From NCBI RefSeq assembly GCF_006345805.1, contig NW_021834148.1, positions 1 through 51,158 on the forward strand: a stretch of DNA of 51,158 bases, written 5' to 3'. The number at the start of each line of letters is the position of its first letter. Within the stretch, counting starts at the first letter, position 1. The position numbers and the translations under genes are program-made. The stretch is from Octopus sinensis. Taxonomy: Eukaryota. Below the pieces are notes generated by a model. That model saw only the letters and a list, made by a program, of their open reading frames with translations. It searched no databases and was not told where the DNA came from. Below are positions 21,230 through 33,456 of the stretch, one piece after another.

Positions 21230-23707
21230 TGCAAAGTCCCTTCCAGACCTAGAATTACGTGGTGGTGGAATAGTGCAGTAGATAAAGCCATCTGTGAAAA
21301 GAGACGGGCCTGGAAAGCCTGGAAGGATGGGGGCAGCAGGGAACTGTACCAGATAGCCAAAAGGGAGGCTGGGCGGCAGGTATACATTGCCAAAGATGTA
21401 GCAGAAAAGAAGTTTGCCAATGTCCAGCGTCGCGAGGATCAAAGAGCTGAAGTATTTCGGATTGCCAGACAGTGTGTCAGAGAAAATAGCGATGTTATAG
21501 GAGAGAAATGTGTCCGCATGGATGATGGGGCACTTGCTTTTACTACTAGTGAAAAGAAAGAGGCTTGGAGAAGCCATTATGAAAGACTGCTGAATGAGGA
21601 GAATGAATGGGAGGAGGAGAGCCTGCCAAATGTTGACCCAGTAGAGGGACCAGCTACCCGAATAGACAGCTCCCTTGTAGATAAGGCAATTAAGGATATG
21701 AAACCAGGCAAAGCCCCTGGCCTATCAGGAATCACTGCTGAGATGCTTAAAACAGCTGGCTATGTGGGCTATGCCATAGTCACCCGCATTGTAAACCAGG
21801 TAGTTCACAATGGAGTCATACCCAATGACTGGTGCAGCAGCACCATAGTCAACTGCTACAAGGGTAAGGGTGATGCTCTAGATAGAAATAACTACAGAGG
21901 TATCAAACTGTTGGACCAGGTGATGAAGGTCTCAGAGAAGGTCATAACCAATCTCATTAGGGAGAGAATTTGTTTAGATGAAATGCAGTTCGGTTTTGTA
22001 CCAGGTAGAAGCACCACTGATGCTATATTCCTGGTCCGACAACTGCAGGAGAAGTACCTAGCTAAAGATAAACCCCTCTACATAGCTTTTGTAGACTTGG
22101 AGAAAGCCTTTGACAGGGTTCCCCGTTCCCTTATCTGGTGGTCGATGCGGAAACTGGAGATTGAAGAATGGCTAATAAGGGCTGTACAGGCTCTATACAG
22201 AGAGGCTGTCAGCAAGTTAGGATTGGCAACGAATATAGTGAAGAATTCTGGGTAGAAGTAGGTGTGCACCAGGGCTCAGCCCTCAGTCCCCTTTTATTCA
22301 TCATAGTCCTTCAGGCAATAACAGAGGAATTCAAAACGGGATGCCCCTGGGAGCTCCTCTATGCCGATGACCTAGCTCTCATAGCAGAATCACTACCGGA
22401 ACTAGAAGAGAAATTTCGGGTGTGGAAGCAAGGGTTGGAATCAAAGGGCCTTAGAATAAATGTAGCAAAGACCAAAGTATTAGTAAGCAGCAAGAGGTAC
22501 TCAGCACACATCCCTCGGGTAGGTGGCCCTGCTCAACCTGTAGGAAAGGTACAGGTAGAAACTCCATAAGATGCACCCAATGTAAGTTATGGACACATAA
22601 GAGGTGCAGCAACATTAAAGGGAAATTAACAGATAAGATAGCTTTCATGTGCGGCAGATGCACAGGGACAATAGACACAACAGACACTCAGAAAACAGAT
22701 TCCATCACACTCCAGGGAGAGAAACTAGAAGTAGTTGATAGTTTCCGCTACCTGGGTGACCAAGTTAGTAGCGGAGGTGGATGCACAGAGAGTATCACCA
22801 CTAGAATACGAATAGCCTGGGCAAAGTTCAGAAAGCTCCTACCCCTACTGGCAACAAAAGGTCTCTCCTCAGAGCAAAAGGTAGATTGTATGATGCATGT
22901 GTGCGAACTGCCATGCTTCACGGTAATGAAACATGGGCTGTGACTGCAGAAGACATGCGTAGACTTGAAAGAAATGAAGCTAGCATGATCCGCTGGATGT
23001 GTAGTGTCAGTGTGCACGCAAAACAGAGTGTGTATCCTGAGAGAAGTGCTGGATATAAGAAGCATCAGATGTGGTGTGCAAGAGCGACGCTTGCGATGGT
23101 ATGGTCATGTGCTGCGGATGGATAAAGAGAGATGTGTGAAGAAGTGCCACTCCCAAACAGTTGAAGGTATCAGGGGGAGAGGTAGACCCAGGAAGACATG
23201 GGATGAGGTGGTCAAGCATGACCTCAGAGCATTGGGCCTCACTGAGGCAATGGCGAAGGACCGAGATCTCTGGAGATATGCTGTGACTACAAAGACCCGG
23301 GCTGCTTTCTGCAGCAATTCCACATACCCCCTACCCATTCTAAGTACCCCGGATCCCCAAAGTACCCCGGATCCCCAAAGTACCCCGGATCCCCAAAGTA
23401 CCCTGGATCCCCAAAGTACCCCGATCCCCAAAGTACCCCGGACCTCGTTGCCCCCGTGCCACTGACACGTTAAAATGCTCGAACCGATCGTGACGATGCC
23501 GGACCCTCCGGCCCCTGTGCAGGTGGCACGTAAAAAGCACCCAATCCACTCACGGAGTGGTTGGCGTTAGGAAGGGCATCCAGCCGTAGAAACTCTGCCA
23601 GATTCAGACTGGAGCCTGGAGCGGCCCCTGGCTTCCCAGACCCGGTCGAACCGTCCAACCCGTGCTAGCGCGGAAAGCGGACGTTAAACGATGATGATGA
23701 TGATGAT
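21230..23707 (+). mobile_element. 5'-truncated RTE-clade LINE with RT domain, frameshifted; 3' UTR and (GAT)n tail
   Basis: Motifs KAPGLSGI, NYRGIKLL, QFGFVPGRSTTDAIF, FVDLEKAFDRV, GVHQGSALSP, LLYADDL, FRYLG, RRLRWYGH; frameshifts near 22215, 22515 and 22870. Confidence 0.95.
23342..23443 (+). repeat. 18-bp minisatellite (AAGTACCCCGGATCCCCA) x about 5.7 at the end of the RTE ORF / 3' UTR
   Basis: Directly visible. Confidence 0.95.
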
Positions 23708-24171
23708 ATAGTTTCAGTCATTAAACTGTGGCCATGCTGGAGCACTGCCTTGAACATTTAGTCAAATATATTTACCCCAGTACTGATTTTTTGTTAAACC
23801 TCATACTTATTCTATCAGTCTCTTTTGCCGAACCACTAAGTTACAGGGATGTAAACACACCAACATTGATTATCAAGTGGTACTGTGGGACACACGCATA
23901 GACTTATGCACGACAGCTTCTTTCATTTTCTGTCTGCCAAATCTACTCACAAGGTTTTGGTCAGCCCATGGCTATAGTCGAAGACACTCGCCCAAGGTGC
24001 TATGCAGTGGGGACGACAAACCCAGAACCAGGTGGCTGGGAAGCAAGCATCTTGCCACACCCTTTAACATTCATGTTCTATGCTGGCATGGGTTGGAGGT
24101 AGTCAGGCTGGCCCAGGCAATCGGCCTGTCTGGATGATGCCTTGATAAAAAAGAGAGAGAGAGAGAGAGAG

Positions 24172-24506
24172 AGACCCCCTTCGGTCAGACACTGACCATG
24201 GGTTTTGCACCTAGAGAGTTACCCTCTGAGGCACAAGCCTGGGCAAGGTTGTTTTATGGAAGACCAGCAGTCGCCCATGCATACCGGCCTCCCCTCTCCA
24301 CGTCACTGATGTTGTCCAAGGGAAAGGCAAGGGCCGATACAGCTTGGCACCTGTGACGTCGCAACTCATTTCTACAGCTGAGTGAACTGGAGCAACGTGA
24401 AATAAAGTGTCTTGCTCAAGAACACAACACGCAGCCCAGTCCAGAATTCGAGCTCACAACCTCACGATCGTAAGCTCGACGCTCTAACCACTGAGCCACG
24501 CGCCTT
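24172..24506 (-). mobile_element. tRNA-derived SINE family H
   Basis: Reverse-complement match to 50573-50910; A-box TGGCTCAGTGG and a B-box-like motif. Confidence 0.85.
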
Positions 24507-24959
24507 GATAAAAAAAGAATGTATTCAATACTAGTGTAATAGATTTTAAATAGACTAATGGCGAAGCCTTTACAAGGCTGCTCAACTGATTCTGTCATCT
24601 TGAAAAAATAAATACTGGGCATTAGATCATATTGTATAACAGAATGGTCACAGGTAGACTTAGTTGTTCAATGTCCGCCCATTGGTTAGTCATGGTTGGG
24701 TTGTCTTTGATCATGAGTAAGCAACCTATCTACTGGTATTTGACCTAGTTAGGTTTTGGACTTTGACATAATGGAGCCACTGGGAGTGGTTAATCTCTGT
24801 GCCCCCTCTCTCTCCACCAGCCAGTAATGAACGGCAGGGGTGGTTGAGGTGGCAGTCACTGTTTGCACTCAGTTGAACTCACTCAGAAATATTTCCTCCC
24901 TGGAGCGCACAGATTATTTCTTAAATGAATCAAGTCAAATCGAATCAAATCAAATAGAT

Positions 24960-25441
24960 GAACATCAATGGAATTTGTATCCTTGTGGTACCAGTGCCGG
25001 TGGCACATAAGAAAACCATTCGAACGTGACCGTAGCCAGTACCGCATCGACTGGCCCCGTGCTGTGGGCACGTAACAAACACCATCCGATCATAGCCGTT
25101 CGCCAGCCTCGTCTGGCACCTGTGTCGGTGGCACATAAAAAAAACACCATCCGAACGTGGCCGTCTGCCAGCCTCGTCTGGCACCTGTATCGGTGGCACA
25201 TAAAAAACACCATTCGAGCATGACCGTCTGCCAGCCTCGTCTGGCACCTGTGTCGGTGGCACATAAAATCACCCACTACACTCTCGGAGTGGTTGGCGTT
25301 AGGAAGGGCATCCAGCTGTGGAAACACTGCCAGATCTGACTGGGGCCTGGTGCAGCCTTCGGGCTTGCCAGACCCCAGTTGAACCGTCCAACCCATGCTA
25401 GCATGGAAAGCGGACGTTAAACGATGATGATGATGATGATG
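24960..25441 (+). mobile_element. RTE-tail element family C, long form
   Basis: Several modules plus (GAT)n tail; 5' extension shared with 26438-26905. Confidence 0.85.
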
Positions 25442-25694
25442 AATCATATTTATGGCAGTCTTTAAACCCTTTAGCTTTCAGATTACTTTATCAAAATGTA
25501 ATGCTTATCTATTCACATTGTTTGGAATTAATTATACATCATTTCATAAACATCAAGATCTCAGTGGTGTTTTATTTTCATTATTTTTAGAATGACATTG
25601 TGGGTAGGTGTGAGAGGTTGAATCTGGTCGGTTTGAACATTAAATAGGCAATATTTGAGCCAGAGACGACCAGATTAAATGCTAAACGGTTAAG

Positions 25695-26011
25695 TGTCAA
25701 CCGGCTTCTGTGCCGGTGGCACATAAAACCACCATCCGAACGTGGCCGATGCCAGCGCCGCCTTGACTAGCTTCTGTGCCGGTGGCACGTAAAAAGCACC
25801 AACCGATCGTGGCCACTGCCAGACACCCCTGGCACGTAAAAAGCACCCACTACACTCACGGAGTGGTTGGCGTTAGGAAGGGCATCCAGCTGTAGAAACA
25901 CTGCCAGATCAGACTGGAGCCTGGTGCAGCTTCCTGGCTTCCCAGACCCCGGTCGAACCGTCCAACTCGTGCTAGCACGGAAAACGGACGTTAAACGATG
26001 ATGATGATGAT
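25695..26011 (+). mobile_element. RTE-tail element family C
   Basis: Modules plus (GAT)n tail. Confidence 0.85.
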
Positions 26012-26437
26012 AGCTCTGCAATTAAGGAACTTGCTTCCCAACCATGTGACTCCGGGCCAACTGACGCCTGGTATGTATGCAAATGTGTGTGTGTTGTGTT
26101 CATCATTTAGCGTCTGCTTTCCATGTTGGCATGGGTTAGACAATTTGACTAACTGGTAAGATGGAGGGCTACACCAGGTCCAAATCTGATTTGCCAGGGT
26201 TTTTACAGCTGGATGCTCTTCCAAACGCCAGTCACTTTACAGTGTGCACTGGATGCTTTTTACATGGTAATAGTTGGATTGGGAAAATCTTTAGTGTTGG
26301 TCAGTATCAACATCCAACCTTTCAGTTGTTACACTGGCCAGATCTGGCCTCTTAAACCTACTCTGCAATGTCATTTTAAAAATAAACAATTACATTATCA
26401 AAAATGTTGAAGCCATGGGATAATTCCTAATTCAATA

Positions 26438-26905
26438 CATCATCATCATCGTTTAGCGTCCGCTTTCCATGCTAGCATGGGTTGGACGGTTCGACCGGGA
26501 TCTGGGAAGCCAAAAGGCTGCATCAGGCCCAGTCTGATCTGGCAGTGTTTCTACGGCTGGATGCCCTTCCTAACGCCAACCACTCCGTGAGTGTAGTGGG
26601 TGCTTTTTACATGCCAGACGAGGCTGGCAAACGGCCACGATCGGATGGTGCTTTTTACGTGCCACCGGCATGGGGGCCAGGCGAGGCTGGCAACGGCCAC
26701 GATTGGATGGTGCTTTTTACATGCCACCGGCACGAGGCCAGGCAAGGCTGGCAATGGCCACAATCGGATGGTGCTTTTTATGTGCCACCGGCACGAGGCC
26801 AGTCGGGGCGGCGCTGGCAACAGCTACGTTCGGATGGTTCTCTTATGTACTACCAGCACTGGTATCACAGCTGCAATTTCCGTTGATGTTGATCAATTTC
26901 GATTT
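26438..26905 (-). mobile_element. RTE-tail element family C, long form
   Basis: Antisense copy. Confidence 0.85.
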
Positions 26906-27411
26906 TGATCAATACAATGTGAATAAATAAGCATTACACACGACAGTCCACTGTGTGGAGTGGTCAGTGTGAGGGAGGGCCCGGCCATAAAACCATGCCA
27001 AAACAGAAGCAAAAGTCTGGTGCAGTCTTCTGCCTGGCCAGCTCCTGTCAAACCATCCAATCCATGCTGGCATGGAAGGTAGACATTAAGTGATGATGTG
27101 ACTAATCTGAATGCTAAAGGGTCAATGCCAGTTTTCTATACTGGCATGGGTTGGATGGGTTGATAAGAACTGCAAATCCGAAGGACTACATTCAGCTCCA
27201 CCATCATCTTTTGCATCATTTCTGCAGCTGGATAATCTTCCTATAACTAAATAATTTACAGATTGTACTGGGTGCTGTTGAATTTGTAGCATGGGAAAGC
27301 TTCTCTGTCATTTGGGTAACATGGACTTGCCATCCAGATGGCTAGTTTGGTTATTGTGGTTGGGTTTCCCTTGCCCTGTGTGTGTGTGTGTTAAACAGTA
27401 TTCAAATTAAA

Positions 27412-27820
27412 CAGCTGGCAGAAACGTTAGCACGCCGGGCAAAATGCTTAGCAGTATTTCGTCTGCCGTTATGCTGTGAGCTCAAATTCTGCCGAGGTTG
27501 ACTTTGCCTTTCATCCTTTCGGGGTCGATAAATTAAGTACCAGTTACGCACTGGGGTCGATGTAATCGACTTAATACCTATGTCTATCCTTGTTTGTCCC
27601 CTCTATGTTTAGCCCCTTGTGGCTAATAAAGAAATAGGTATTTCGTCTGCCGTTACGTTCTGAGTTCAAATTCCGCCGAGGTCGACTTTGCCTTTCATCC
27701 TTTCGGGGTCGATAAATTAAGTACCAGTTACGCACTGGTGTCAATGTAATCGACTTAATACCTATGTCTATCCTTGTTTGTCCCCTCTGTGTTTAACCCC
27801 TTGTGGGTAATAAAGAAATA
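27412..27820 (+). mobile_element. SINE family B dimer
   Basis: Second unit starts GTATTTCGTCTGCC at 27638, directly after AAAGAAATAG. Confidence 0.9.
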
Positions 27821-27857
27821 AGTATTCAAATTCTTCTTCAACCTTTGTGTTTTCCAG

Positions 27858-27894
27858 AGGAAATCCTGCTTCGAACCCATCAAGAAATCCTGTC
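27858..27894 (+). CDS. ATXN2: Ataxin-2 exon 3 (37 nt, (R)GNPASNPSRNPV)
   Basis: ctttgtgttttccag acceptor and gtaagt donor; converts phase 2 to 0. Size and phase match vertebrate ATXN2 exon 2 as I recall it. Confidence 0.7.
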
Positions 27895-28074
27895 GTAAGT
27901 AGTGTCTGTTTTTCTTTATTTTCTTTTTAATATACTGGATTGTTTAAAGATAAAATTTTGGGCTGTGTTTATCGTAATATTCCACTGCTTTTTAGCTTGT
28001 GTGTCTAGAGCAGTGGCAAGCAACTGGCTGTTCATGGCCCACGGGTAACTCAGTCCAAGGATTTTCTGTTGGCT

Positions 28075-28652
28075 ATTCTCTCTTTTACTTGTTTCAGTCA
28101 TTTGACTGCGGCCATGCTGGAGCACCGCCTTTTAGTCGAGCAAATCGACCCTGGGACTTATTCTTTGTAAGCCGAGTACTTATTCTATCGGTCTCTTTTA
28201 CCGAACCGCTAAGTGACGGGGGACGTAAACACATCAGCATCGGTTGTCAAGCAATGCTAGGGGGACAAACACACACACATATACTCCTTTACTTGTTTCA
28301 GTCATTTTGACTGTGGCCATGCTGGAGCACCGCCTTTTAGTCGAGCAAATCGACCCCGGGACTTATTCTTTGTATGCCCAGTACTTATTCTATCGGTCTC
28401 TTTTGCCGAACTGCTAAGTGACGGGGACGTAAACACACCAGCATCGGTTGTCAAGCAATACTAGACAAACAGACACACACACATATATACGACAGGCTTC
28501 TTTCAGTTTCCGTCTACCAAATCCACTCACAAGGCATTGGTCGGCCCGGGGCTATAGCAGAAGACACTTGCCCAAGATGCCACGCAGTGGGACTGAACCC
28601 GGAACCATGTGGCTGGTTAGCAAGCTATTTACCACACAGCCACTCCTGCGCC
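28075..28652 (-). mobile_element. SINE family A, partial plus full tandem copies
   Basis: Two antisense copies. Confidence 0.85.
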
Positions 28653-28921
28653 TACCAACCTTTTCTAATAAAAATTGCTCAAATTCAATGTATTAATGAA
28701 CTGTTGGGCAGTTGATAGCTTTTAGATGCCCTTTCGTGTCATGGTTAACCCATAAATACCCCTGGTTGAGTTTTCGCAATGCAAAACCTGCTCCTACTTA
28801 TTTCGACATGAACTCACCAGGAAGCGTCTGACCAAACATACGAAATGTCCAGTAGGTAGTCGACACCCATAGCTAACCGTTGCTTACTGGTCTTCTAGAT
28901 TGTGAAGGCTTACCATAACGT

Positions 28922-29487
28922 TTAATCTAAATACAGTGAAAGACCTCATTTTCTTTATGGGCTTGTATTGGTTAACCGTTTTATTACCATACTAGCAGTA
29001 TCGCCCGGCGTTGCTCGGGTTTGTTTCGACCCTTTAGAATTGGAAATTTTGAAAAGTAAAAATTTTGCATTATGTAGCTTGTTATTCTCTTTAACCCTTT
29101 AGCATTTAAACCGGCCATATCCGGCCAAAAGTATTCTGCCTGTTTTATGTTCAAACTGGCCAGATCTGGTCTCTCACACCAACCCTACAATATCATTTTA
29201 AAAATTAACAGCTACCTCATCAAAATCTCATAGCTACAAGATAATGCAGGATTAGTTCAAAACAATGTGGATGAAGAAGCATTAATTGTGGCAGAATAAT
29301 GCAAACACTAAAGGGTTAATCTAAATACAGTGAAAGACTTCATTTTTTTATGGGCTTGTATTGGTTAACCGTTTTATTACCATACTAGCAGTATCGCCTG
29401 GCGTTGCTCGGGTTTGTTTTGACCCTTTAGAATTGGAAATTTTGAAAAGTAAAAATTTTGCATTATGTAGCTTGTTATTCTCTTTAA
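28922..29487. repeat. 173/172-bp direct duplication (contains a Helitron 3' end on the - strand) flanking a TTAA MITE
   Basis: 28922-29094 matches 29316-29487 with about 4 differences. Confidence 0.95.
29095..29315. mobile_element. TTAA MITE family D (piggyBac-like), intact
   Basis: TTAA|CCCTTTAG...CTAAAGGG|TTAA. Confidence 0.9.
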
Positions 29488-29570
29488 GTGAACATTTTTA
29501 TCTGGTTGAAATACACTGAAAAATGGCGACACAGCAGTCTAAAAATCGTTAAAAAATAGGGAGTTTCATA

Positions 29571-29940
29571 GTTCCGGATTTAGTCCCATTGCATAACACC
29601 TTGGGCAAGTGTCTTTAGTATAGCCTTGGGCCGATCAAAGCCTTGTGAGTAGATTTGGTAGACGGAAACTGAAAGAAGCCCATTGTATTTATGTATGTAT
29701 GTATGTATATATATATACATATATATATATATGTGTGTGTGTGTGTCTATGTTTGTCCCCCCCAACATCACTTGACAACCGATGGTCATGTGTTTACGTC
29801 CCTGTAACTTAGTGGTTCAGCAAAAGAAACCGATAGAGTAAATACTAGGCTTACAAAGGATAAGTCCTGGGGTCGATTTGCTTGACTAAAGGCGGTGCTC
29901 CAGCATGGCTGCAGTCAAATGACTGAAACAAGTAAAAGAG
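29571..29940 (+). mobile_element. SINE family A
   Basis: Sense copy lacking the A-box. Confidence 0.85.
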
Positions 29941-30667
29941 TATATATAAGACGGAGGTTGACAATTTGACATATAAAACAATAATACTTATGTTCTAAAA
30001 ACTGTCATTATCATAAGCAGCCCAATCATTAGTTCCAAATATCATGATCATGAGAAGGTTGTCAAGTAGTGGCAGGACACACGGACACACACATATAATC
30101 TGGTTCTCATTGAGGAAATGACAAGTGGCTGGGCGTTGTGGCGATTTGGTGTACTTGATAAGACACGTCAAGCTAAATAAGATCATTGTTTTCCACACAT
30201 ACAGGCGTGGCCTTTCAGGTGCTGGTGCTACGTAAAAAGCATCCAGCGCACTCAACTAAGCAATGTTGTTGTTGGTTTAGCAAAAGAGATCAATAGCACA
30301 AGTACCAGCCTTAAAAATAAAGTGCTACAGTCAATTTCTTTGGCTAAATCCTTCAAGCTAGTGTCCAAGCATAAATCCTTAAAAATGTTTCAGCCCGAAG
30401 GCTGCGGCCATGCTGGGGCACCACCGTTGAATGAGCTGCACTAGTATGTGAAACCGCTTCTGATACGTGGCACTTGATCAACAAGGGAGTTTGATGCCGC
30501 TGCCCGCATCTGTGTTTCCTGCCGAGAGGTAGGTTCATCTGGGACCCCTGACAAGAAGAGATCCAGTTTAGTTTTAAAGAAATCCACACCCTGCATATCC
30601 ATAATCTAATGGCCAAAACTGAAACAGGTCAAAATAAGACCTGCTTGTGGGTGTATGTTTATATACA

Positions 30668-31020
30668 CACTCTTTTACTTGTTTCAGTCATTTTGACTGT
30701 GGCCATGCTGGAGCACCACCTTTAATCGAGCAACTCGACCTCGGGACTTATTCCTTTGTAAGCCCAGTACTTATTTTATCGGTCTCTTTTGCTGAACCGC
30801 TAAGTAACGGGGACATAAACACACCAGCATCGGTTGTCAAGCAATGCTAGGGGGACAAACACAGACACACAAACATATACATACATACACATATATATAC
30901 ATATATACGATGGGCTTCTTTCAGTTTCCGTCTACCAAATCCACTCACAAGGCTTTGGTCGGCCCGAGGCTATAGTAGAAGACATTTGCCCAAGGTGCCA
31001 CACAGCCACTTCTGCGCCTA
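30668..31020 (-). mobile_element. SINE family A
   Basis: Antisense copy with an internal deletion. Confidence 0.85.
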
Positions 31021-31201
31021 TAACACTTTTACATATAATACACTAATGTATGTCTGCATACATTTCTCTTTATGGATACATTAAGTCTTATCTATGAATG
31101 CGTGTACTCATGTAAGTATTTGCATTTCTAGCGATGTATATTATTGTGTTTATATATTAATGTATGTTTGTATTCTATTTTTATTTCCTCTTTGATTTTA
31201 G

Positions 31202-31240
31202 GATTCATTGAAGTTTGGTAAAATGAGGCTATCTCCTGAT
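31202..31240 (+). CDS. ATXN2: Ataxin-2 candidate exon 4 (39-nt micro-exon, DSLKFGKMRLSPD)
   Basis: ttcctctttgattttag acceptor and GAT|gtaagt donor; only phase 0 is open, which is the required frame. Confidence 0.6.
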
Positions 31241-31619
31241 GTAAGTATATTTCCCATCAATTCAACTACGGCTTCTACCACCACATCCCAACGTTTTCGG
31301 TCTATGCAGCGACTGGCTTATTTCTTGAGAAGTAGGAAAAGAGAACTTGGAACAGCCTGTGACACTGTGTGTGTGTGTGTGTTGGTTCTTTGTTTTGTCA
31401 TTGCATGATAGGTGTAAAAGAGAGTCACTGCCAGCCAGTGATATCCTTCATTTTCGGTCTTCCATAAAAAACATTGTGCGGTCGTTGCAAGTGGATAACA
31501 AAGAATTTAGCTTTCAAAGATGTTCTTTCCTAAGACTGCACCTTCAGTACCATCTTCGAACTTTACTCCTTCTCAGGAATCAAATGCTTTGAAGAAAAAT
31601 CAAAAGCAGATTTTCAAAA

Positions 31620-32052
31620 TCTCTCTCTATATAAACGGGCAGTTTGTCTGTCTGTGTGTCTGTCATGTTGTACCCTCACCCCGACCACGGCTTTCAACCG
31701 ATTCTGATGAAACTTGACACACACATAGCCCAATGTCATAATTCAAAACTAACGCAGCGAAAATTTTGAAAAGTTCCCCCAGTTCTGAAAAAAATCGATA
31801 AATTCGACATGGGGTCGAGAATCTAAGCTTTTTATATGCAACACATTTTCTGTCTAGGGGACACAACTCGACCTTTTTATCGCCCAAAGAGACAGCTAGG
31901 AACATCGTATACACAGAAGTATTCGAGTGAAGAGAAGACATTGCAACTTACACATGCGCCTTCGTTCCCTAGAGGGAAAGGACTAGATTGGGATTAGTCG
32001 TTGCCTACTAGGGGCTCTTACATACCCGGGCAACGCTGGGCTATGCTGCTAG
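31620..32052 (+). mobile_element. Non-autonomous Helitron (family H2)
   Basis: A|TC start, hairpin + CTAG|T end; paralog of 3467-3921. Confidence 0.8.
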
Positions 32053-32850
32053 TAAATTATATATTTTGTCAGTGCAGGCATGGCTTTATAGTAATGGACT
32101 TTGTTTCCCAATGATGTGGTCTAGTGTTCAAACCCGCTGCGCCGTTTCTAAGCAAATGTATTCTGTAGCCTTGGGCTGACTAAAGCCATGTGAGTGGATT
32201 TAGTAGGTAGAGACTAAAAGAAGCCTATCTTCATTTGGGTTTGAACCCTGGAGTTTACTGGAGTATATGCTCATAATTGCAGACAAGGAGAATAGAGAGC
32301 AAGTCTTTTTGCTGCATCAATCTACAATTGTTTCATCTGAATTCAGTCTCCTCAATCTTGCCATATTATACAATAATACATACAGCTATTGATTACTCTC
32401 TAAGTACCATTGAAATTATACAATTCTGAAGAGTCTGATTCAGCATGTTATTTCTGTGGCACTCAGAGTGTAAGCAATAGCTGCATGTATTATTGCATAA
32501 TATGGTAAGATTGATGCGATCAAATTCAGATGAAACAAAAACAATTGTAAATTGATGTAAAAAGACTTGTTCACTCCATTCTTGTCATTTAATATAGATA
32601 TGTGTGTAACCTTGCCTAGACATTGTCATACATGCGATGTTATGTTTCCAGTCTTTCATGAAAAACATGACTAATAGGAAATATTGCCTTGCTTGGGGAC
32701 AATTGAGGATTGGCAACAGAAAGGGCGTCTAGCCATAGAAAATCTGCCTCGGTAAATTCCGTCTGACCCATGCCAGCATTGGATAAGTGAACAATTATTA
32801 AGGTGATAATTCACTGCAAACTTAGAACAATCACACAGTTTTCAAAATAG

Positions 32851-33255
32851 TCTCTTTACTCTCTTTTACTTGTTTCAGTCATTTGACTGCGGCTATGCTG
32901 GAGCACCGCCTTTAGTCGAGCAACTCGACCCCGGAACTTATTCTTTGTAAGCCCAGTACTTATTCTATCGGTCTCTTTTGCCGAACCGCTAAGTAACGGG
33001 GACGTAAACACACCAACATCGGTTGTCAAGCAATGCTAGGGGGACAAACACAGGCACACAAACACACACTTATATATATATACATATATATGACAGGCTT
33101 CTTTCAGTTTCCGTCTACCAAATCCACTCACAAGGTATTGGTCAGCCTGGGGCTATAGCAGGAGACACTTGCCCAAGATGCCACGCAGTGGGACTGAACC
33201 CGGAACCATGTGGTTGGTTAGCAAGCTACTTACCACACAGCCACTCCTGCGCCTA
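32851..33255 (-). mobile_element. SINE family A, full length
   Basis: Antisense copy ending 111 bp before exon 5. Confidence 0.9.
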
Positions 33256-33366
33256 GTGGAATTTTCCATGACAACTGCTGGTGGGAGATGGTTAAATTGC
33301 ATTTTGCGTATCTCTTCTACTATGGACCATTTTAACCTGTAATAAATGAATTCTGTTATCTTTCAG

Positions 33367-33420
33367 ACCGAAGGCGTGTACAATAACAGCCGGTTTATTT
33401 ATGTTGGAGTTTGTTTACTA
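33367..33420 (+). CDS. ATXN2: Ataxin-2 exon 5 (TEGVYNNSRFIYVGVCLL; start of Lsm domain)
   Basis: tttcag/gtaagt; corresponds to the ataxin-2 DGIYANMRMVHILTSVV segment. Confidence 0.9.
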
Positions 33421-33456
33421 GTAAGTATAACTTTGTTTGCTAACAGACCTGTCAGC

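Noticed and set aside
23342-23443. GTACCCCGGATCC resembling a pUC KpnI-SmaI-BamHI polylinker
   Set aside because: Not identical to the vector sequence, tandemly repeated with variants, and continuous with the LINE
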